Source: Trichoplax sp. H2 (taxonomy: Eukaryota). From it: a stretch of 64,000 nucleotides of DNA. Each line of letters opens with the position of its first letter. Position 1 is the stretch's first letter. The stretch is taken from assembly GCA_003344405.1 (NCBI GenBank), contig NOWV01000177.1, positions 1 to 64,000 on the forward strand, read 5' to 3'. Below the pieces are notes generated by a model. The model saw nothing but the letters and a program-made list of their open reading frames with translations. It did not search any database and was not told the DNA's origin. Both the position numbers and the translations under genes were made by a program. Shown here in pieces: positions 11,643 to 23,000 of this stretch.

Positions 11643-12901
11643 TGCTGAAGGAGGGAAAGAATGTCAATACAGTCGACTGTACCGTGTTAATAAGTAGACT
11701 CTTTTCAAGATGGCGTTCTATAAGCAACCAGGGGCTTTCATTGAAACGGTGGTCATGATACAATACTGTACACTTGTAGACTGTACACTGTACAGTACAG
11801 TATTTCAAAAATTTTGCCCTTTCAAAAATATACAGTACAGTACAGTACAGTACCGGACGCTTATGAAATTCATGGGTGAATACTGTACTGTACAGTACAG
11901 TACAGTACTCTACACGTCTACAGTACTCTACTGTACACTGTACACTGTACACTGTATACACGTCATAGGGTGAAAGGTCCATGCAGAATTGGGCCCGGCA
12001 CGGCCCGGACCAGATCGGAGCACGAAGGCATACTGAATCTATTAATGATAGTCACTGTACTGGATCCCAGCTTCGGATACTGTAGAGATCCATCATTGCT
12101 CAGTTAAGCCATGCGGATTCGCAAATGGCACTGTCGAATAGTTGAAGGCTGACAATTGATATTCTTGTTCAATGATAGTAATATCAGTTGTCAGCCTTTA
12201 TAATAACATTGATTGAACAGTGTCGTCGTTGTACTGTTCTGTATGTAGTCGACAAGAACTTTCACTCCAAAGTGGCGAAACACTGTATCCAAATAATTTT
12301 GAGTAGTGTACTGTACAGTGTACAGTACAGTGTACTGTACAGTGAGTGTACAGTGTACACTAGACACACTCGACCGTCACGCTTCTTTGGACGGACAGAT
12401 ATTTGGCCGAATGTCCTAATTTCATCTACAAATGGTGTCATTATGACAGTACTTTAGTATGCAGACAGTCGATTCTGAACGGACTGATTTTTTTCGAAAT
12501 CCAAGTCCTATTTCAATGTAATCCATTGCCTGTTGCTAAGCTCTGCTTGAAAACAGTCACTTAAGATCATCAATGTTATTCAAATCAATACGAGTGATTC
12601 ACAAAACAGACACCAAAGATCCATACTGAGTAAGTATGGTTCCACATTTTCCTCATCCATAATCCGTCCATCTGTATATTCGGAGTATACAGTGCACAGT
12701 ACACCATGTGACAGTGTATCACTGTAAAATTCAGTACTGTTCACTGTTCACTGAGTACAGTCTTTTTCTCTTTTTACTGTAGCCGTCGCTACGCTGTACC
12801 GAGTTGTGAGTGAATGTACGGCGTGCTTCAATCACAGTCTCAGAGCCTATTAACTGTCCGTCGTTGGCATTTTTCTCCGCAAAGACTCGTTCCCAGTAAC
12901 A
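11643..12901. promoter_or_regulatory. Putative bidirectional promoter between RanBP2 and SSR4, rich in GTACA/TGTAC motif clusters
   Basis: 1.26 kb between divergent ATGs (11642 minus, 12902 plus); dense (TACAG)n/(CTGTACA)n runs at about 11763-11960, 12305-12362 and 12685-12760. Confidence 0.7.
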
Positions 12902-15812
12902 ATGGCTTCCTGTTGGCATTTTGGCCTTTTCGCCTTCTTATTCCTCATTTCACCATGCTTTGGTAAGATAGCCATCCATCGATTGCTATTATAGATACTT
13001 TTACCCTAGCGCCATGTGTTGAATACGTTCGAACCACTGTCATACTTTCGTCGATGGCCATTTTTGCTCGCAAGCCATGACAATTGACTACTCGAACAGT
13101 TGATTGTAATGGCGAGCGTCACAAAGACTTTGCTAATAACGCTCCATCAACTTTGATGGATAGCAGGATAGCGATAGGGATGATGGCTAGTGTTGTGAAT
13201 GTATGAGTTGATTTCTAGCCCTACAATAATTATAACTTGGTAGTGCATACTATTTTCATCTGGTAGACTACAGTCGTTGTCTAAAGATGTAATGATAAAC
13301 GTCATTAAAATCGTACGGAATCAATGCGTTTGGTAGAGACACACGAGGAGAACCGACTAAAACATGGTTGGATACCATTACTTGATGAAATATGGCTCGA
13401 CTGTATCGATCGGATAATTAAGAATGATCCCAGTTCTCAGCCTTTATGAACCTATTGGGGACTGCTTTCCAGGAGAGAAACTTCAACTCCACTGTACAGT
13501 GTACACGATGGGATACTGTTTACTTTTGTGCAATCGATTGCCATTGAAATGGCTTTTCTTGACTTCCTCGATTGCCCTCAATTCTGCTAGACTTGTTAGT
13601 TATTGATCAAAATCGAGAATGTTGCCATTGTTGTAACATTGTCCGAAAGGGAAACAAATCCGATACTCTACTGACTGCATCGATGGTATTCAATCGGCAT
13701 CATCAATGCCTGCGTGCTTGTACACCGCGTTAATCATCATTGCTTCAGTGGCAAACCTTATAAGTTACCAGCCACTCAACGACTCAACTGGAGAAAAAAC
13801 CCTTCAAAATCCTTCCAATACTGTCGATTTCAATAGTGTAACCCTTCGCAGTCTGACCAATCGTACTGGATTGGCAAACATTGCCTAGTTTAAAACTCTT
13901 TTCTAACGAAATAACATCGTAGTGAAGCCGCTATGCTGATTCCATTTCTGTAATGCCCTATTGCGCCCTTGTAGGAGAACAAGCTCTATAGTATCCACTT
14001 AACCTTGAGCCGTGTTTCAGTAATTTTATACAAGGTTCAAGTTTGCTAAGGGTACTGTCAATGGCGCACGTTCATCATTCACAATTGTACCAAATTGGAC
14101 AACATGGAGTAGGATATATATCTATATAGAGAGAGAGAGACTCCATGAAGTGAACCATCGATGCCCTCTTAATAAAGTAAATCATAGAATAGGATGATCA
14201 AGTCAACAACATTAAGCTTAATGCTGATGCTGCTTTCATGAATTGTGTCCGCTTGATGAGATTATTAATGACTAACCCATATGTGCCTCAATGCGGACAC
14301 AATGCTAAGAATTGGAAGCCAATATTAGTTGTTGAAGTCTTTCGTCGAGTACTGGACCATCAATCGATTCAACTATAAATTACAACTTCAATAATTCATG
14401 AGTTAATACACTCGTCGTGTATTCTAGGGAGAGATTATTCTATTGTTACTGGATAAAGTGAAATATTGAGGAGATGATGGTACTACTGTATTTTAAGACC
14501 CTTCTACTGTAGTTTTAAAGTAGCAGCTGCAAACGAAATAGAATGTTGTTCATTCAGTAGTAGTTTCGTGGGAAATGTTGACAAATTGAACTAATAGCTC
14601 CATTGCATTCTGACGTGCCATAAGGTTGTAACATTTTTTGCCTAAAATGAATTGCCTTTGTGTCCTTTTTCCCTATTAGGACTTCAGTGTTCACCGAAAT
14701 CGGTGTCGCGGTACTCCACGTCCAACGCAATTCTAGAATCAGAAAGCACCTTTCTAGCAGCTTTTCAGCTCGATTGTAACGGTGAAGACAAGGTAAGGTT
14801 GCAATACATTTCAACTTTTCAAATGCGATCAAATTTGCTTATTGATCTAGGGGATCATGTTTCCAAAATGCAACGTCATGAAAGCACTAACCTTCACCCA
14901 TTATTCTCTATATTGATATACGAAACTTGTAGCCGGATCAGTTACACGCTATAATCGATGACAAACCTTTGCCGCTTGCTCGCGACGCAGATGGAAATAC
15001 GTTTGAGGTGATTTTATCTCTCACATTATACAACACCAGTTTAGCTTGGTGGTCATAACTGCACTTCAATCAGACGTTATTCTGTTGCGCGATGCAATGG
15101 AAGATATACTACGATCTACACATGCAACCTTTTTAATTACAATTGTACATTACAATATTGTTATTGAAATCATGATAGGGTGTAATAGTAATATTAACTT
15201 CGTACAAAACGCAAATAGGTAGTCTTCAAAGACAACATTATTCTAATAATGATATATCGATGATTTACTCCACATTGCACAATCTATCACGGCGTAGGTG
15301 AGTTGGGTTGAAGATCATAAAGCCGCAACCACTGGTGTCTATAAGGTCGCTATCTACGACGATGCTTCCTTTGCTGCTTACAGAAAGGTAAGTTACTCTG
15401 TTACTGACCACCAAGAGTGAAAATGAAGTGAATCATCATCGGTATTGAATACGAATGAATGATTTTATTTTATCGCCCTGTCCTTAGGCCAAACGAAGTG
15501 GCAATACATTTAATGGGAGCCCACTTTTCACGATTGACATGGATCATAAGGTGAGAAAACATGCTTTTAAAATTTTCATAGGTTTAGCCAATGCTTTACT
15601 TCTGATAGTATTCGTTGCGGCGAAAATTTCACTTCAATAAACTGTTATAGAAATTATTGTAGTCATTTTATTTACATCACTGTACATTCTTGCAATCACA
15701 GGTTGCTACCAAGCAAGGCTTATGGCTTCAAACGGAATTTATTGCAGTCGTTGGTATCATTTTGATTTGGTGGTACGCTAGCAACATCAAATCAAAGTTA
15801 CATGAATTGTAA
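12902..15812 (+). CDS. SSR4: Translocon-associated protein delta subunit (TRAP-delta)
   Basis: Six phase-consistent GT-AG exons: 12902-12962, 14680-14792, 14933-15007, 15298-15387, 15488-15550, 15702-15812. Product: MASCWHFGLFAFLFLISPCFG (signal peptide) LQCSPKSVSRYSTSNAILESESTFLAAFQLDCNGEDKPDQLHAIIDDKPLPLARDADGNTFEVSWVEDHKAATTGVYKVAIYDDASFAAYRKAKRSGNTFNGSPLFTIDMDHKVATKQGLWLQTEFIAVVGIILIWWYASNIKSKLHEL*. Carries TRAP-delta hallmarks (Y.TS.A, VSW..DHK.A..G.Y.V..YD..S, PLFT...DH, W..TE plus a TM helix). Confidence 0.9.
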
Positions 15813-17412
15813 CATGGACATTTTGGAATCTAGTTCAAGCTAGTCAATTTTAAACGACAGTATCAAAGTTGCTGTGAATGAATTCGCAGTTGTATTTTTT
15901 ATGAATCAAATAAAGAATATCATTATAATCGAGCTATTGTTCACCAACATTATTTCTTTCTCGCGATAGATGCATGCTAAAATATACTGTCTTTCAACTA
16001 AGACCGCACCATAAAATTAGGCCTTGCCTTACGACATTGATTCTTTTGAGCTACTGCATCACATTTACATCTACTCGCTATCATAGCATCAATCTGCATG
16101 TGCGTGGGTATTGTGCACTTGAATATAGTGAATAAAGCTTGGCCAAGTTCACAAATTAGTATAATTAATAAGCGCACTTTTTAAAATTGTTGCATGCACA
16201 TTTTTACCGTAATACCCTTTACGTTGTTATGAGCACAATATAGAGATAACACTTTCAATACAGTAACTGAGTCTATCGTTATATTTATAGGAAAACATTT
16301 TTAAATTAATTCCATGAATAATACAATCAGAATCAGTAGTACAAATGTTGAGCTAAAATCATGACTGATATACTGTACGAATATACGTAAGCGATATACT
16401 TATCGATTTATAGCAATTACGATACATGCTCTGATTGATATCTTGTAAACTAAAAGTATTTAATACATAAGAAAAGAGATAGTTGTAGCAAATGCCGAAT
16501 ACTTTATCGATTATTCGATTGTATTAGCAGAAAGTAACATTTGTTGAGGCTTAAAGGATTCTTCTATCTCTATGTACTGTACTGTGCTATACCAAATTCT
16601 GCTTTATACTTCGCATGGAACATGCTCGAAAAATTTCTTCCGTTACTAAATGCTTACCCATCGAACCTATGTAACAAAACTGAAATCCAAAGTTCTCTAT
16701 GATCCATCATCATAAAATGACAAGCTTTCTGTTTAGGGAAAATATCTATTTAAATTGATATCCTAGTAAACATAGGAATAGTGTTCACTTGATGCTCGAA
16801 TACTAGAACAGTCTTGTGCATTTTTTTATTTATTTTTTGGAGAGTAGAAGAATTCCCATACTAGAATCTAATCTCATTATTAGCATCACCTTCAAAACAA
16901 ATTCAGATATCTTGCAAATAAATATGCTCTAGATTAATTGTTTAGAGATTATTATCAAAACAAATGCATGAATTGAGTTTTCATAGCATAGGGGGCCACA
17001 TCCAGTGATGAATATTGATATTCTGGCAGCGAATTACACAATGTTAAGAAGCTAGATGGACTTTGCTTGCTACAAAAATACTGAAAGACGAATGGCTAAT
17101 GGACCTCGAACGATAATATCTCATTTTTTCTATTTAACTCCGTCAAAAAGTATTTGCTTCATATAGACTTATATAAAATCGCGGTAGATACTTAGCATAA
17201 TCGACCGGCACACTGCTATTATAAAACGCGATTTAAATAAATTCAGAGAAATTCATTTACAGCTTTATAATTCTTTTAATAGTTTTCGGTAGATGGTTAT
17301 AAGTAGACTTATGAAAATAATAGGATTTACTATTTGCTAGTATTTATTATATCTTTCTTTCTCTTATTAAAACTAGGTTAAATTCTATCATTTTTAAAAG
17401 CCTAATATAATT

Positions 17413-18122
17413 ATAATTGTACTCTCACAACGATAGGAATGTCAGCAATCCTATAAATTATGTGTTCATTCCTACATTAACAAACTAAAAATGCGTTGAA
17501 ACCATCTACTGTACGCTGTACAATCAGCTCGTAGTTGGAAAATTCCTAGAATTGTTAAGTAAGCAGTCCATCTAATGATTGCTAGGGTGTAGTATTATCA
17601 TAGAGTAAANNNNNNNNNNNNNNNNNNNNCTTACACTGTACAATATACATATCCTAGTATAGCAACTAGAGCCTCAAGGCTCTGCAAAGTAATTGATCTT
17701 ACACTTAAGGTGTTATTAATTAACGTTTACAGACTAAGCGTGTTAGCTCCGAGATGTCAACAATATTGAACAAGTACTTATTAATAAACATTAATATCTA
17801 ATAAGCTACTGGAGCAAACAATAATTTAAATGAGATATTTTAATTAACTTAGCAATTAATATTTCGGAGCATGGCTCCGTAACACTAGTGTTAAGTCCAA
17901 TTTAAAAGCTTTTGAAACAGTGACATAATTGTACTCTCACAACGATAGGAATGTCAGTAATCCTATAAATTATGTGTTCATTCCTACATTAACAAACTAA
18001 AAATGCGTTGGAACTCATCTACTGTACGCTGTACAATCAGCTCGTAGTTGGAAAATTCCTAGAATTGTTAAGTAAGCAGTCCATCTACTGATTGCTAGGG
18101 TGTAGTATTATCATAGAGTAAA
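17413..18122. repeat. About 200-bp direct duplication (17413-17609 and 17925-18122) beside a 20-N assembly gap (17610-17629)
   Basis: Near-identical sequence ataattgtactctcacaacgatagg...tagagtaaa on both sides; the first copy ends exactly at the gap. Confidence 0.85.
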
Positions 18123-20024
18123 CACTTTAAATTTTAATAATATAGTCTACACTAATATTCTTTCAATAATAAAAATTTCTAATATACTTGTACTACGGGA
18201 GCATCTCAAATCCGATCAGAGGATCTATGGTACATCTAAAGTTATCCTCATTCTTCCCTAGCAAATGCTGCCTCTAAGATAAACTTGTTATAAGTCTGTT
18301 GTTCTGTTTATTTTGAATCCTACAGTAATTGACATTGCAGCATCAGTACAATTAAATTAGTTAAAAATTTCGGCTGTGCCCATTTAGAAATTAAATTGAA
18401 AACTGAGATATTGATCTTGTCACATTTAATCGGTAGCTCATCCATTATCCTCATCCCATGTGTTATGTATTTGCTTTACTTACTGTGAAAGGCTTAGTAA
18501 GAACTGCAAGGCGTAAGTGGAATTGAAAAAGTGATGTTTTCAAATTACAGATACTTATATACCTAGTACTGATTTCTATTACCCGTCAGTAAGCGCAAGT
18601 TAATTACAAGCATACAGACAAGATCTCGAGCCTAGTGGGTATTATACTCCGTTACATATGTACGAATATCTTTAATCTACTGCTCCATATAGCAAATTAA
18701 AAAATCCTTCATTAGCACAGTATAATGTGGATAAAATATTACAACATATACTGTAAAAAATTGGAGTAGAAGGGCACTTTCTGGCAGCTTACAGTAATAC
18801 CAGCCTAAGCAATATGAATCGCATCCTGAACCTTAATCAAAAGTCTATTAAAGTAGTTGATTATTTTCAGTAAATACTATCTGTAAATATTTGATCTTAT
18901 ATAAACTGCTTTATGAAGTTAACATGTCCTGTGCAATAGGGACGAAACGGTTTACCATCTAAACATGCTTTAAATTTAGCTAACAGCCTGCACTTAACTC
19001 ATCATAAAGCCACATCAACGCCTGAATCATCGAATAAGAGCACCTATAGAGCAATTGTATGTAGACTAAAGGCGGTTATTCCTTCTACATGCAGAAAATG
19101 AATTGGTAAATGTTTATCATAAATGAAAATTCATTGATAAATGTAGACTAGGTCAAATCAACCACGATTTACGAAGTCTTCAGTATAGTCTAAGCTATGC
19201 TGAATACGTATCAACGTGTTGCTGATTAAAATTAAAGCCATTATTCTAACATAGAGCACGATATAAGGAAACCTTGTAGGTTAATCAACGGTGGCGTTTT
19301 CAATAGTATTTCATGAATTTTGCTAATGCCTTAGCAATGTATGTTATGATAACTACAAAAAGATACTTCCACGGTGTCAATTGGCTAAATTCGTTTGTCA
19401 GAACATACACCAATTGTAGTATAAAAATAAATAAATATATCAATTTGTCAGTTATGAACATCGCTTACGAATACAGGAAAACTCACCATCAGAATTAGAA
19501 GTTAATGTTAGGGTATTTATTCAAGGTGATTGTGGAGCAGAATTGATAGGAAGCCGATTTGATAATAATAATAATTATAAATATCGGCCACATTATTAGC
19601 GATATACAGAGAAATCTAATATTAGGAGACATTAGAAGCTTGCAATCACATGGTCAATTTGATCAGTACCACAAAGCCATAAAACAGATTTTGTATTACA
19701 GCTACAATATGAAAATCATTCAGCATCTAATACAGCATTCCTTACAAGCAGTAACATTTAAACGATTGTAAGCATAGATCTTATCTACTACTTGCTAATT
19801 AGCTAAAGGAGGATTCTTTTAGATCACGAGTCGTATCTATGAAAACGTTTACAGTGTAAAATATCAATGTCAAAAAAAAGGCACCTGAAATCAGCAAAAT
19901 CCGGCATATTAGGAACTATTTTAGTAAATTATTTTACTAAAGTCCCAAGAAGGCGAATAATGGAACTACACCATGCAATTATACGACATAGAGCTCTATT
20001 AAATAACGCTAATCAATAAACAAT

Positions 20025-23000
20025 CTATAATTCATCTTTTTCTTTGGTATCCTCTTCATTATCATCGACCTCCTAGATAGTGACATTGATATACAAATGA
20101 TTAGAAGGACAGTTGAACAGTTAAAGCAAAACGAAAGTGCATAATATTGTCTGTCTTAAGATATTATCTATCTCATCATTGCAAGTGTTGATGAAATGTT
20201 ACTAAGTAATTAACTTACTTCCTCCTTAGGAGCTTCGGCCGGTTGTTCTTCTTCATCAAGATCATCTTCGTGTTCGACCTATTGTTTACAAACATTATTA
20301 TCAATGCTAACCAAACATTAAATACAATCTTCCTTGTACAGCAAACATCAATAAAACCTAACAACTAACCTTAGCCTCAGGATCGATGTTAGCGCTTAGA
20401 CGTAACATCCTTTCAATGCGACTGGCGAAATCCGATGTTTGCTAAAAAAAAAATAATAATGTAGCGCTCAGTGACAGTCCAATAATAAATTTGAATCAAC
20501 TTAGCCTACATACATCTAATGCAAATCCAGAACGCAACATGGCAGTATCAAACATAACACGTGCGATGTCCTTAGCAGTGTGATCATCTGGGCTATTCTA
20601 AAGATGTTACGATAAAATAGCGTTAATATCAACTTAATTTTATGCCACAGCAAAGGTTAATGTATCAACTGTATTTGTGTTAACTTATGCTAAAGCCTTT
20701 AATACGTACTTCAACACGATTTAACAATTCCTTTATTAAAGGATGGTAGGGATTAATTTCAAGGTGTTTCTTTTGCTTTGTGAAGAACCTGGTTTTAAAA
20801 ATACAGTAAAAAAATAGTATTACATATACTTCATTAGAATACATCTACTTAGAGTTTACAGTATTTCATTTACTATTCGTATAATCATTCAAGTATAACA
20901 TTCTCCTCGGAATGATTACAATTATTTTACAGTGACTTACTTGGTATTGGCGTCGTCCTGTTTAGCATACGCTTGAGCTTTCATAATTCTTTCCATATTA
21001 CCTGACCTATATAAGTGTATTTCAATCAAATATCAAGAAGAATGTTAGATATAGGTGTGTAGGTAATTACCATTATCAACCATATCACGTACCATGCAAA
21101 ACTACTTGCAACAAGTGCACAAGGTGATTCAGAAAGACGTTGCGATATTGCCACTTTTTCAATGAGATCTTTAAGACCTTTGTCTTTCAACCAATCAGTC
21201 AATGGTTTGAATTTGGTTTCCAAAGATTTTTGCCTGTCCTTCTTTTTATCGGTATCTTCACCAATTTTTAATCCTTCTTTTGCAACGTTTTGGAATTTTT
21301 TGCCCTCAAATTCTGGTAACGACTAAATTTATAGAAGTATAATTGATAGCATAAGTACTTTAAGATTCCAAAGTTAATTTACTAGATATTAAACCTAAAA
21401 GTTATACCTGAAGTGCATATTCATCAACAGCTTCAGTAAGATATAATACTTCATAATTCTTTTGACGTAAACGCTCAACAAATGGAGACGCTTCAGCTTC
21501 TTGACGGCTTTGAGCACCAATAAAGTAGATATGTTCTTGTTTATCTTTCATACGTTCAATATATTCACTAAGAGTGGTAGTTTCATCATCTCGTGTATAC
21601 GAAGAAAAGAATCTGCAAATTGAGTAATAAATTTATGAACGTTTGGATACTTCAAAACAGAAACTGTTGACATGATATCAATTTTTTTTATCTACAGTTA
21701 TTGATAGTACTAGTGTCTAATGATGTATCGAAGCAGTTCATTCATTTTTTACCTTAACAATTTGGCTATTCTAGTTCTATTTGAAGAATCTTCCATTATA
21801 CCCAATTTTAAACTAGTGCCAAATTCTTTCCAGAATTTATCAAAATCAACGGGGTTCATTTTTTTAATCATATCTAAGGCCTATTACAACGGTAATAAAG
21901 TTAATTTATTCTTAGTATATCAGAAGCGTAAGAATAATTAAATAGGTATCAATTCAAGAAAGGTAATAACTGACCTTACGAACCAACTTCTTTTTGATTA
22001 CTTTGAGAAGCTTATGTTGTTGAAGCGTCTCTCTAGAAACGTTCAAGGGTAAATCATCTGAATCAACTACACCACGAATAAAGGACAGGTAGCGAGGCAT
22101 CATATCCTGAAAGTCATCGGTGATAAAAACTCGGCGTACATATAACTTAATGTTGTCAAGATGTTTGCCGAATTCTTGATAAAAGTTATAGGGAGCTTTC
22201 TGGGGAACGAATAGGATTGAACGGAAAGTAACTTCTCCCTCAGCAACAAAGTGAGTTTTGGTTAATGGTGATTCAGTGTCTTTCGAGAATTGTTTATAAA
22301 ATTCATCATAATCGGTTTCTTCTACATCTTTAGGACTTCTCGTCCAAATCGGTTTATTTCCGTTCATCAATTCCCAGTCCCAAACCGTTTTGTCTACTTT
22401 TCTAGTTTTAGGTTTTTTTTCTTCTTTTTCTTCTTCAACTTCTACCTCTTCATCTTTCTTTTCTTCCTTTGCTTCTTCATCTTTTTTTTCATCTTTCTTT
22501 GTATCTTCATCTTCGATTGGTTCTTCTACAGTTTCAACCTTGTTAAATCAATTTTAATTTGACAATTACTGAATTTGCATACATTGCAACATTTATTGCA
22601 CGATGTTAGTAACATATTTATAATTATCGAGTGTACGAGTGGAAAATAATTATCTTACCTTACTTGCCCATAAGTAAATGTTGAAGTTAATAAACTGACT
22701 GTATTTTTTAATAATAGTTTTTAAAGTTTCTTGTTCTAAGTATTCTTGAGCTTCTTCCTTAAGATACAGACTGACAGTAGTACCACGTCCAAGAGTATTG
22801 CCACGTGGATCTTCGGCAACAGAGAATTGGATGGAATCTGATTGCCATATATGCTGTATGTCGTCGTTATGCTTACTTGTAACAACAACTCTATCAGCGA
22901 CTGCAAATAACAGTTACAAAATTACATTTTTAGTCGATTATTATTTCTTACTGACGACGCGATCTAAGGATTATGTGCAGAATGATTGTTGCGCCGATAA

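Noticed and set aside
11620-12457. C/T/V/Y/S-rich ORFs (11620-11982, 11710-11973, 12188-12457)
   Set aside because: Produced by GTACA motif runs in the intergenic promoter region; low complexity
17004-17084. Possible C/D-box snoRNA (GTGATGA...CTGA)
   Set aside because: No terminal stem, intergenic position and no recognisable rRNA guide
17413-18122. Biological tandem duplication
   Set aside because: One copy ends exactly at a 20-N gap; most likely unmerged contig or haplotype overlap
22290-22562. Phe-rich plus-strand ORF
   Set aside because: Antisense of the GRP94 charged linker (GAA/AAA codons)
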